Source: an uncultured Clostridia bacterium (lineage in GTDB: Bacteria; Bacillota; Clostridia; UMGS1810). Taken from it: a DNA stretch of 32,000 bases. The DNA is taken from assembly GCA_934454585.1 (NCBI GenBank), contig CAKSFP010000005.1, forward strand, positions 9,053 through 41,052, given 5' to 3'. Made by a program: the position numbers and the translations under genes. The notes beneath the pieces are model-generated. The model ran no database searches. It had not been told where the DNA came from and saw nothing but the letters and a program-made list of their open reading frames with translations. Positions 1 through 8,988 of this stretch are shown one piece after another. Positions within the stretch are counted from its first letter, which is position 1. Each line of letters starts with the position of its first letter.

Positions 1-36
1 TATCAACAAATTTTAATTTCGGAAGGAGGGCAGACG

Positions 37-1392
37 GTGATTACAAATATACTTCAAAAATTAATACTTTTTACAGTCGGCATTTTGTTTGCGGCATCGG
101 CAGTGAAAATATTTTTTCGCGCAAAAATGGTCAACCGCACGGAATTAACCCGAATTTTCAAAACCGCGGAGTATTTTAACGCCAGGTTGGTATTAATATG
201 TTTTATCATAACCACGGCATACGGACTTGTCAATCACGCAGAACTGAAAAAATCCGTCAACGCAGTTATTTCGTTGAATTACTCTGAGGCGTCGCAGGCG
301 CTCAACTCCAACGGAACAAGATACAACATGATGGAGATTATAAGCGATGAAGTGGTGGAGAGAGCCATAAAAAAAGGAGCACTTGAAAATGTGACCGCAA
401 AACAGCTCAAAGATTGTCTCACGGTTAATCCATGCGTGCAAGGCGCCGCTGATGACAAATCGAAGTATCACATTTCCACGGAATTTGCCGTAGAATATCA
501 TGCATCGAAGGATACGCATCATCTCGATTCAGAGAATGTGATTAACCTGATAACCACTGCTTACAAGGAGTATTATATAGAGAAATATACCGACAATTTC
601 AACCTGGGCAACCGAGTGCTTGATTTTTCTAAGATGGAGTACATGGATACGGTAGCATATCTTGAAAAAGAGGCTCAGGCAATTCTCAATTATCTGTACG
701 GCATGGCGGAGAAAAATTCGAGCTTTGTTACGGAGAACGGCAGTACCTTCAATTCCATTGCCGGCAAGGTGTATGATTTCAAGCAAACGCAAATAAGCCG
801 CGATTTAAGGTCGCTTGTATTGCAAAACGGCATTGCGCGTGATAAGGCGGCCTACATCGACAGACTGACCTATCATAACACAGATGTGGATTTTGACCGT
901 CAAAAGAACGCTGCATCATATGATGTATGCAGTCGGGCAATTGACATGTACGGCGAGGAAATGATAAGTGTTGTGCTCGTTCCCACATGGGATAAAACCG
1001 GGAAATACTACATGGGCAGGACTAAGGTCGGTGTGGACGAGCTGTCTGTCAAGGCCGTGGACTACAGCAATTATGTGGCGTCTGACGAAAAAGAGATTAT
1101 GGACAACCGCCTGGTGATTGACAAAATCTTGTCCGGCAGTCAATCTGCACAGATTTACAAATCTGCCGATGCACTCATCGCGTCTGTTTACGAAAACATC
1201 ATGAAATTTGAAAAAGAGGCTGTAACTGCCGGCAGAGAATACTCGCGCTATAAGATGAATCAGTGTGTGTCGGTAACGATTTACGGAATTTCGTTCATGA
1301 GTGAACTAAAGAAGCTTGTGGTGTTTGCGGCATTTGTATATGCGGCACTTGTGCTTGAACTGATTTCAAAGAAATTTCCCCAAAAGGCATAA
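37..1392 (+). CDS. Membrane protein with polysaccharide co-polymerase (Wzz/PCP)-like topology; function uncertain
   Basis: 451-aa ORF. AAGGAGG (nt 23-29) lies 6 nt before GTG 37. The frame stays open back to nt 1, so the true start could be upstream of the window. Hydrophobic helices near the N-terminus (LILFTVGILFAASAV, LVLICFIITTAYGLV) and at the extreme C-terminus (LVVFAAFVYAALVLELI) flank a ~350-aa hydrophilic domain. It is the first gene of a same-strand glycan operon. Confidence 0.55.
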   Translation: MITNILQKLILFTVGILFAASAVKIFFRAKMVNRTELTRIFKTAEYFNARLVLICFIITTAYGLVNHAELKKSVNAVISLNYSEASQALNSNGTRYNMMEIISDEVVERAIKKGALENVTAKQLKDCLTVNPCVQGAADDKSKYHISTEFAVEYHASKDTHHLDSENVINLITTAYKEYYIEKYTDNFNLGNRVLDFSKMEYMDTVAYLEKEAQAILNYLYGMAEKNSSFVTENGSTFNSIAGKVYDFKQTQISRDLRSLVLQNGIARDKAAYIDRLTYHNTDVDFDRQKNAASYDVCSRAIDMYGEEMISVVLVPTWDKTGKYYMGRTKVGVDELSVKAVDYSNYVASDEKEIMDNRLVIDKILSGSQSAQIYKSADALIASVYENIMKFEKEAVTAGREYSRYKMNQCVSVTIYGISFMSELKKLVVFAAFVYAALVLELISKKFPQKA

Positions 1393-1404
1393 AGGAGGAT
1401 GGCA

Positions 1405-3276
1405 ATGAAAAATTTTTGGGTTTTCAGATACTTAAAAAAATTTATACCGCTCATTGTCGTTTTGTGCGTTTTGGCGACATATGCCGTACATTTTAAGCTT
1501 GCAAGATCGAACACATATGTAGCGTCAGAGGTTATTCATTACAACGACGAGCAGGCGGAAAAAGGGCTCAATCCGACTGGGGGCAAGCTCGATGTAAATG
1601 AGATTAAATCTTCTGCGGTGATGTCAAAGGTTGTTGATAAGCTGGGGCTTACCGGGATTTATTCGGTGGACAGTCTTATATCGAGGATTGACATAACTCC
1701 CGTTGAGGACCAAGACAAGGTTGCGCAAAAGGAAGCAATGCGCGAGGCGGGCGAAGAATACACATACGAACCGAGTACATTTATTGTATCTTTTGCTGCC
1801 ACAAGCGGCGAAGGCTCGGGTTTTGCAAGCACAATAATCAATGAAACGCTGGATGTTTATTTTGAACAGTTCAGTGAGGAATATGTAAATGCGGTTCCGG
1901 CGAACAATACTGTTGCAAACTTAAACAAAAACGATTATGATTATATAGAGATGATGGAGATTATAGATTCAGATATCTCGGAAACCGTCAAAAGCCTGAA
2001 TCAGAGGATAGATAAAAACAATTATTACAGATCGACGGAGACGGGAGCATCGTTTGAGGAGCTTGCGGATGATTTTGATTATTTGAGACAGGTTAAGGTT
2101 TCCACGATTTTCTCGGAAATCTATAAATATCAGGTTACGAAAAACAAGTCGGTTCTTGTGTCCGACTATACGACCAGAATAGATAACAACGGTATTTCAA
2201 ATGCAAAAGATGAAAGCATTGTTGCAGATCTTGAAAATGTAATCGACGCTTATGTAAAAAAGATGAGAGATTCGGGAAATACCAATATAAGTCATGATTA
2301 TATACTTGACGATTTGCATGAGAAAAATGTTCAGGACTATGACGGAGACCAGACCGTAACATATGACGAGTTGATTTACAGCTGGAGGGATCATACCGAG
2401 AGCAGAGAACTGGCAATTATCGACTCGGCATATTGCCAGTATATATTAAACACATTTACAGCGTGCATAGGCAATTGCGGCGGCGAGTGCAAGTCATCCG
2501 GCCTTACATGCACGGAGCTTACAAATCCGGAATATGCTTTGGCAAGGGAAAAAATCGAACAGGAAATAGATGAGCTTTTAACCGAGCTTTCCGATCTTTA
2601 CGATAAGGCTATTAAAACAAACGAGGAGTACAACAAATATCTCGGTGCGAGTTATATTTCGGTGCTGTCAACGGCGTCTGTGAGGGAGAGCGTCAATGTA
2701 AAACTGTATACGGCAATTGCATTTTTCTTTTTCATGATTCTTTGTTGCGGCGCTGCAATTGTACTGGGGAGAGCTGCCGATATAATCACATATGTTTTCT
2801 ACACCGATCATCTTACGGGGCTGTATAACAGGGCGTATCTGGACAGATATCTCAAGTCCAAAGACAAGAAACTGCTTGATGACGGGGTCGTGTACTGCAT
2901 GGTCGATATAGTCAACCTGGTGCGCATAAACAACGATTATTCAAGAGATGTCGGCGATGAGATTATAAAAATGTTTACGCGGTATATTAAAGAGGTTTAC
3001 GGAAAATCCGATACCGAGTATGTTTACAACGGCAACGGCAGCTTTGTCATGCTGACAAAGGAGTCCGATTTTATCACGGTTGAGGACATGATGAAACTTT
3101 TCAGACTCAGGCTTGATGAGAGAGAAGAGTACAGAGAAGTTGTGATTGAATACAGGATAGGCATATCCGAGACATTTAAGGAAAACAAAACCGTAAGAAA
3201 ACTGCTTTCCGAGGCGATTGAGAATAAAAAGAGCTATATCTCGGACCTGAACAAAAATTCCGGACAAACCGAATAA
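1405..3276 (+). CDS. PCP/Wzz-like chain-length-determinant protein fused to a C-terminal degenerate GGDEF domain (GG[D/E]EF replaced by NGNGSF)
   Basis: ORF 1399-3276. ATG 1405 is preferred because AAAGGAGG (1391-1398) abuts ATG 1399. TM1 is IPLIVVLCVLATYAV, followed by ~400 aa that are extracytoplasmic, then TM2 (LYTAIAFFFFMILCCGAAIVLG), then a cytoplasmic DHLTGLYNRAYL...VDIVNLVRINNDYSRDVGDEI...YVYNGNGSFVML segment that is colinear with GGDEF domains. Confidence 0.7.
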   Translation: MKNFWVFRYLKKFIPLIVVLCVLATYAVHFKLARSNTYVASEVIHYNDEQAEKGLNPTGGKLDVNEIKSSAVMSKVVDKLGLTGIYSVDSLISRIDITPVEDQDKVAQKEAMREAGEEYTYEPSTFIVSFAATSGEGSGFASTIINETLDVYFEQFSEEYVNAVPANNTVANLNKNDYDYIEMMEIIDSDISETVKSLNQRIDKNNYYRSTETGASFEELADDFDYLRQVKVSTIFSEIYKYQVTKNKSVLVSDYTTRIDNNGISNAKDESIVADLENVIDAYVKKMRDSGNTNISHDYILDDLHEKNVQDYDGDQTVTYDELIYSWRDHTESRELAIIDSAYCQYILNTFTACIGNCGGECKSSGLTCTELTNPEYALAREKIEQEIDELLTELSDLYDKAIKTNEEYNKYLGASYISVLSTASVRESVNVKLYTAIAFFFFMILCCGAAIVLGRAADIITYVFYTDHLTGLYNRAYLDRYLKSKDKKLLDDGVVYCMVDIVNLVRINNDYSRDVGDEIIKMFTRYIKEVYGKSDTEYVYNGNGSFVMLTKESDFITVEDMMKLFRLRLDEREEYREVVIEYRIGISETFKENKTVRKLLSEAIENKKSYISDLNKNSGQTE

Positions 3277-3295
3277 GAAAGAGGGGACAAACGGC

Positions 3296-4600
3296 GTGGA
3301 AAACAGAATCATCGAAATGGCAAAAGATTTTTATTTTCTTGTTGTCGCTGTCATGATGTATTATTTTCTGAATGAATACATTGATATAGGACTGTATGTC
3401 ACTTATCGCCACGCATTTGCCCTCGTACTTGCAGCCTCGGCTTTCGCTTTGTTTTTGTATAAGCCGAATATCGCTAGAGGACTCACCGCACTCAGCGGAG
3501 CGTTGGTTTACAGTGTTCCGCTGTTTGTCACCACTGTGGTGTCGCTCTTTATATGGCTTGTCGGAATGGCGGATGTGGCGGTTATATCAAGAGGGCTTTC
3601 AAGCTCTTTTGTATATATGAATATGCTGTCATTTGCTTTGGGGTCAGGGGCTCTTTTATATGTTTTCGGCGGCAGGGGAGTATGGTACAATCTGATAGCC
3701 ATTCTTACGGCAAATATGCTGATGATTGTCACGATTATAGCACAATACGGACTTGCAAGTTATTTCTCGGAATTTGTAACGCTTATAACAACCTTTGCGG
3801 ATGTGACCGGAGATATCATTGTCAAAGCGGAGATTCACGAGCTTGCATTTTGTCTTGGAGCATATTTAATCTATATGCTTTACAGACCGAAGAAAAGCAT
3901 GGGGTATTTTGTATTGCTTTTTCTGACACTTTTTTGTTTTCTGTCGGCGTTCAAGAGGATTGCTATGATTGCTGTAGCGGCTGCACTTGTATTCGGATAT
4001 TTGCTGAAATTTGTCATGCGCCGCAGCAAAAAAGCGGCGTGCGGTGCAGTTGTCGTTTTGAGCTTTGTCATCGTATTTTTGCTCATAGGATATGTTGCCC
4101 TCATAAAGTCAAATGTGTTTGAACTTTTGGAGAAGGCGGGAATAAACACGAGCGGACGCGTGGGGATGTATCGGGCAGTAGATAGATTTTACGAATTCAG
4201 TCCTGCTTTTTTGGGAAACGGTATAGGCTTTTTGACATATCAGCTGAACACCACCATGCACATCGGCGTAGCGTCCATTCACAACGACTTTCTGCAGCAT
4301 TTTATCGATTTGGGGTTTTGGGGCTATATCATATGGCTTCTGTCCATGATTTTGGCCCGGGTGTTATATTTCGGCAGACGCGGCAATGCGGACAATGCAA
4401 TTGTCACATTCATGCTGATACTTTACCTGGTGATTGTGTCATCGACTGACAACACGATGAACTATCCGCTTCTTACGGGAGTTCTTGCAATGCTGATGAT
4501 GGGAAACGGATTTGACAATGAGGTATGCCGCATAGAGAAAAGAATGTTTGGCTGTGTTTCAAAAGCAAACGAGGAAAAGAAAGGAGATTTGCTGCTGTGA
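3296..4600 (+). CDS. O-antigen ligase/polymerase family (Wzy-like) polytopic membrane protein
   Basis: 434 aa with about 10 or more hydrophobic helices. It has the Wzy_C-like motif ...GNGIGFLTYQ...IHNDFLQHFIDLGFWGYIIWLLS. GAGGGG lies 9 nt before GTG 3296. The stop overlaps the next gene's start (GTGA). Confidence 0.75.
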   Translation: MENRIIEMAKDFYFLVVAVMMYYFLNEYIDIGLYVTYRHAFALVLAASAFALFLYKPNIARGLTALSGALVYSVPLFVTTVVSLFIWLVGMADVAVISRGLSSSFVYMNMLSFALGSGALLYVFGGRGVWYNLIAILTANMLMIVTIIAQYGLASYFSEFVTLITTFADVTGDIIVKAEIHELAFCLGAYLIYMLYRPKKSMGYFVLLFLTLFCFLSAFKRIAMIAVAAALVFGYLLKFVMRRSKKAACGAVVVLSFVIVFLLIGYVALIKSNVFELLEKAGINTSGRVGMYRAVDRFYEFSPAFLGNGIGFLTYQLNTTMHIGVASIHNDFLQHFIDLGFWGYIIWLLSMILARVLYFGRRGNADNAIVTFMLILYLVIVSSTDNTMNYPLLTGVLAMLMMGNGFDNEVCRIEKRMFGCVSKANEEKKGDLLL

Positions 4601-5805
4601 GAATTTTGATGGTAAATAAGTTTTTGTACCCCCGCGGCGGAAGTGAAAGCTATATGCTCTATCTTGCGGACTATTTGAAAAAAATCGGTCATGAGGTCGA
4701 GTTTTTCGGTATGTATGATGAAAATAACACAGTAGGCAATTCCGCCGGTTTGTATACTCAAAATATGGACTTCCATTCAAACGGATTCGACAGATTTCTG
4801 TATCCGTTTAAGATTATATATTCTTTTGAGGCCAAGCGGAAGATTATGCGTGTCATAGACGATTTCAAACCCGATGTGGTTCATATGAACAATATAAACT
4901 TTCAACTTACTCCGTCTGTGATTTACGGCATAAAGAAGAAAGGCGTTCCAATCGTTCAGACTGTGCACGACTATCAGATGATTTGCCCTAATCATCTGCT
5001 TTACAACTTTGAAAAAAACACACCGTGCGAAAAATGTGTCGGCGGAAAATACAGCGACTGTATCGCAAACAGATGTATTCACGGTTCAAAAGTTAAGAGC
5101 ATTCTGGGAGTTGCCGAGGCAAAGTTCTACAATTTACTCAAAACATACAGATATGTCGATCTGTTTGTTTGCCCGAGCAGTTTTCTGGAAAACAAACTTC
5201 TCTCGGCAAGGAGTTATTTTAAGGGTAAGACAAAGACAATACACAATTACATAAACAAAGAAAAATTCAGAAAAACCGTCGGAGAGACGAAAGACTACAT
5301 TGCTTTTGTGGGGCGTCTTTCCGGAGAAAAGGGAATTGAAAATATCGCCGGGGCGGCAAAACTGCTCCCGGGATACACATTCATGGTTGCCGGCAGCGGA
5401 CCCGATGAGGCAGTGCTTCACGGTATCCCGAACATAAAGCTGACAGGATTCCTCACAGGGGACGAGCTGCGCGAATTTATCGGCAGAGCAAAGGTTCTCC
5501 TGTTGCCGTCCGTCTGTTATGAAAACTGTCCGCTCTCCATACTTGAGGCACACTGCATGGGAGTTCCCGTTGTAACGATGAACAGCGGTGGAATGGCAGA
5601 GCTTGTAGAGGACGGCGTCACGGGCACACTTGTAAACGACCCGACGCCCGAGGGAATTGCGGCAAAGTTAAAAGAAACCGTTGAAAATGATGATTACTAC
5701 AGACTCGTCAGAGAAAATTGCAAAAATGAAAAAGACAATATCCTGAGCGTTGAAACTTATGCCGATATATTGATTGATGAATACAAAAAGTTGGTTGCGA
5801 GGTGA
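4597..5805 (+). CDS. Glycosyltransferase family 4 (GT-B, group 1)
   Basis: N-terminus is VRILMVNKFLYPRGGSESYM. The C-terminal EX7E-type motif is YENCPLSILEAHCMGVPVVT...GGMAELVEDGVTG. GTG 4597 overlaps the upstream TGA, with AAAGGAGA 8 nt upstream. The longer ORF from 4525 is judged a false extension. Confidence 0.85.
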   Translation: MRILMVNKFLYPRGGSESYMLYLADYLKKIGHEVEFFGMYDENNTVGNSAGLYTQNMDFHSNGFDRFLYPFKIIYSFEAKRKIMRVIDDFKPDVVHMNNINFQLTPSVIYGIKKKGVPIVQTVHDYQMICPNHLLYNFEKNTPCEKCVGGKYSDCIANRCIHGSKVKSILGVAEAKFYNLLKTYRYVDLFVCPSSFLENKLLSARSYFKGKTKTIHNYINKEKFRKTVGETKDYIAFVGRLSGEKGIENIAGAAKLLPGYTFMVAGSGPDEAVLHGIPNIKLTGFLTGDELREFIGRAKVLLLPSVCYENCPLSILEAHCMGVPVVTMNSGGMAELVEDGVTGTLVNDPTPEGIAAKLKETVENDDYYRLVRENCKNEKDNILSVETYADILIDEYKKLVAR

Positions 5806-6869
5806 AAAGAGTGAAACGACCCAAAGTCAGCATCATCATTCCCGTGTATAATGCCGAGAAATTTCTCGACAGATGCATAAATTCCATAACAAATCAAACG
5901 CTGCGCGAAATCGAAATAATTCTTGTGGATGATTCATCGACAGATTCATCCCTTGAGATATGTCGGGCGGCGGCAGAGAAAGACAGCCGGATAAGGGTTA
6001 TTCACAAGGCGAACGGGGGCGCCGGAATGGCGCGAAACGAGGGGCTTAAAATTGCGGCCGGAGAATACATCGGTTTTGTGGATTCCGATGATTTTATCGC
6101 CGAAGATATGTATGAAACACTCTATAATAAGGCGAGAAAATACGATTCGGATCTTGTGATGAGCGGAGTTTTGTTTGCTGACGGAATCATGTTTTGCAAA
6201 GAGGGAGAATGTATTTGCAGAACCTGTTTTGAAAAAGACACTCATTTTGACGATCCGGACAGTCTGAAAGAACTTAAAACGGGCATCGTGGGAGCCGCAC
6301 CGGGGGATCCCGAGGACAGCAAATACGGAATGAGTATTTGGAAAAACCTTTTTAAGAATGAAATAATAAAGAAAAACAATATCGTCTTTCAATCCGAGAG
6401 GGAGATGCTGTCGGAGGACGCGTTGTTTATGATAGACTACATTTCATGCATAGACAGAGCGACGGGCATCCCGGGGGCGTTTTATAATTATTGCAGAAAC
6501 GGTGATTCTGTTTCAAAATCATACAAAAATGACAGATTTGAAAAAAGCCTTGTTTTCGTGAGTGAGGTCGAAAAAAGATTTCAAAAAGACATGACACCCA
6601 AGGAATACCGGATATATATATATAGATTTTGGCAGGCGATGTGCCGGGTGATATGTGTGCAGGAGATAATGCACGCAGAGGAGACAGGGGTTAAATATGC
6701 TGAATTGAAGAAAAGGCTGAAGGCGGTATGTACGCATGACTTCACGGTGAGCTCGCTTGAGTCATATCCGATAGGTACGCTGCCGCTCAAACAGGCGGTG
6801 TTTGCCTTTGGCATGAAATACAGACTGTATTTACTGTTGATAGTGCTTGTAAAACTAAGAAGCAAATAG
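5802..6869 (+). CDS. Glycosyltransferase family 2
   Basis: VSIIIPVYNAEKFLDRCINSITNQT...ILVDDSSTDSS...GFVDSDDF (GT-A fold with a DxD motif). The start overlaps the upstream stop (GTGA). Confidence 0.85.
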   Translation: MKRVKRPKVSIIIPVYNAEKFLDRCINSITNQTLREIEIILVDDSSTDSSLEICRAAAEKDSRIRVIHKANGGAGMARNEGLKIAAGEYIGFVDSDDFIAEDMYETLYNKARKYDSDLVMSGVLFADGIMFCKEGECICRTCFEKDTHFDDPDSLKELKTGIVGAAPGDPEDSKYGMSIWKNLFKNEIIKKNNIVFQSEREMLSEDALFMIDYISCIDRATGIPGAFYNYCRNGDSVSKSYKNDRFEKSLVFVSEVEKRFQKDMTPKEYRIYIYRFWQAMCRVICVQEIMHAEETGVKYAELKKRLKAVCTHDFTVSSLESYPIGTLPLKQAVFAFGMKYRLYLLLIVLVKLRSK

Positions 6870-6879
6870 GTGATGAGAT

Positions 6880-7902
6880 ATGTTTTTTTCCGTAATAGTA
6901 CCTGTATACAATGTCGAAAGATATTTGACCGACTGTATAAACAGCGTTTTGAATCAGAATTTTTCCGACTTTGAGCTTATATTGGTCGACGACGGATCGC
7001 CGGACGGCTGTCCGAAAATCTGTGATGAATACAGGGATAAAGATGCACGAATAAAAGTGATTCACAAACCAAACGGCGGTCTTGCGAGTGCCAGGAGAGC
7101 CGGAATTAAGATTGCCAAAGGAGATTATGTTTTCAATCTTGACTCCGACGATCTGATTGAAAAAGACACGCTGGAGTGTGCACATAGGATAATAATGGAC
7201 ACAAACTGCGAAATGGTATCGTTTTCTTACAGATGGGTCAAAGACGGCAGCACAGTAAACATAACGGACGATTGTCTCGATGAGGGACTCTATGACGGGG
7301 AAAAAATCAAAAAATATATTTACCCGAAACTGCTCATGGACAAAAATATGAATCATGTTTCATATTATCTGTCGGGAAAGGCAATAAAAAGAGAATTGCT
7401 GATGCCCTGCCAGCTTGCCGTGAACGAAAAAATATCTTTGGGCGAGGATTTTTGCTGTGTTCTCCCGTGTTATCTTAAAGCCGAAAGTGTGTATATAAGC
7501 AAAAAAGCGGCTTATCTGTATACCGTGAGGGAGGATTCTCTGTCAAAGGAGTTCAACTCAAGACAGATTTTTCTCGTGGAAGATGTTATATTTGAGATAG
7601 TTAAAAACGATGTCGATAAACTGACTGATTTTGGCGAACAGATTTGCCGTTACTCGTGCTTTATGTGTTTTGCAATATTGGCAGCTGCGGCAGAGGGCAA
7701 TCATTTTAAGTATATGAATGAGATTGCGGATAATATGGAACATTCGATTCACAAGGCACTAATTGACCGTGCGAAGTTTGAAAATATCACTCCAAAGAGT
7801 GCAATAGCTGTATTTCTGATAAAGAAAAGATTTTATTGCGCGGCGTTTTGTTTTCTTAATTTGTGCAAGAATATAAAAAAGATATTTAATAAAACGAGGT
7901 GA
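6880..7902 (+). CDS. Glycosyltransferase family 2
   Basis: FSVIVPVYNVERYLTDCINSVLNQ...ILVDDGSPDG...NLDSDDL. Confidence 0.85.
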   Translation: MFFSVIVPVYNVERYLTDCINSVLNQNFSDFELILVDDGSPDGCPKICDEYRDKDARIKVIHKPNGGLASARRAGIKIAKGDYVFNLDSDDLIEKDTLECAHRIIMDTNCEMVSFSYRWVKDGSTVNITDDCLDEGLYDGEKIKKYIYPKLLMDKNMNHVSYYLSGKAIKRELLMPCQLAVNEKISLGEDFCCVLPCYLKAESVYISKKAAYLYTVREDSLSKEFNSRQIFLVEDVIFEIVKNDVDKLTDFGEQICRYSCFMCFAILAAAAEGNHFKYMNEIADNMEHSIHKALIDRAKFENITPKSAIAVFLIKKRFYCAAFCFLNLCKNIKKIFNKTR

Positions 7903-7911
7903 GAAATCCAC

Positions 7912-8988
7912 ATGGCAAAAATATCGGTAATCATGAGTGTATATAACGGCGAAAAATATCTGAATGAAGCGATAGACAGTGTGAGAAATCAGACATTTGC
8001 GGATTGGGAACTGATTGTAATAAATGACTGTTCGACGGATTCCACGGGGGATATTCTTGCCGGATTTGCGGAGGCTGACGACAGGATAAAGGTTTACACA
8101 AATAAGGTCAATTTAAGACTTCCCGCTTCTCTTAACAAGGCAATTTCTCTTTGCAGCGGCAAGTATATCGCCAGGATGGATGCGGATGATATCTGTCTTT
8201 CGGAGAGATTCGAAAAACAATATGAATATATGGAGGAGCATCCGGATGTTGCGTTGTCGTCATGCAGATTTATGACTCTCAAGAACGGGGTATATTCATC
8301 GGGCGGTGCAGGCGGACGGTGCGACAACGAGGCGTTGCGCGCAATGCTGCTTGTGGCTAACCCGATACTTCACCCGGGGGTCATTGCGAGGACCGAGGTA
8401 CTCAGGGAAATGAATTACGATACAAGCCTTACATGCACAGAGGATTTGGAATTGTGGACACGGATGGCGACTGAGGGCAAAAAAATACAGCTTCTCCCCG
8501 AGTGCCTTCTGATATACAGACTTCACGACAAACAAATAACAGGCACTACATTGGAAAGACAACATGTCGAGGTGCTTAAAATTCAGCAAAAATACTATGC
8601 GGCGCTCCTTGAAAAAATGGGTGACGAGTTGCAGCGGTTTTATATCGGCGGAGTGTATTTCAGGGAGCAGCCCGATGTGCATAAGTTAATCAGGTATGCA
8701 AAATGGCTGAAAAGTAAGAGCGTCGGGAGTTTTGATGCTGACGACATAAACTATGCACTGCTTGAAGTTATAGCGGAGTACAAAAGATGCGGTGTGCCAA
8801 AAACAGATATCATAAGAGCGCTGTTCATGTTCAATCCCTTGTTTTTGACAAAGGAATTTGTTCGGAGAAAAAAAGCGGCAAAAAAAGATATCGAAAAATG
8901 TATGGAAGCCGCGTTAAAATCAGGGCTAAAACAAACCGGAGGAACGGCGGAGTTCCCCGTATTTCAAAAGGATAACGGGAGGGTGTAA
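7912..8988 (+). CDS. Glycosyltransferase family 2
   Basis: ISVIMSVYNGEKYLNEAIDSVRNQT...IVINDCSTDST...ARMDADDI. Confidence 0.85.
   Translation: MAKISVIMSVYNGEKYLNEAIDSVRNQTFADWELIVINDCSTDSTGDILAGFAEADDRIKVYTNKVNLRLPASLNKAISLCSGKYIARMDADDICLSERFEKQYEYMEEHPDVALSSCRFMTLKNGVYSSGGAGGRCDNEALRAMLLVANPILHPGVIARTEVLREMNYDTSLTCTEDLELWTRMATEGKKIQLLPECLLIYRLHDKQITGTTLERQHVEVLKIQQKYYAALLEKMGDELQRFYIGGVYFREQPDVHKLIRYAKWLKSKSVGSFDADDINYALLEVIAEYKRCGVPKTDIIRALFMFNPLFLTKEFVRRKKAAKKDIEKCMEAALKSGLKQTGGTAEFPVFQKDNGRV

Noticed and set aside
3553-4122. 189-aa alternative-frame ORF inside the Wzy-like gene, and similar internal ORFs (6787-7356 minus, 24260-24775 plus, 29394-29915 minus, 30591-31175 minus)
   Set aside because: They overlap better-supported CDSs. 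They have Cys/Arg-rich or low-complexity translations and no independent support.
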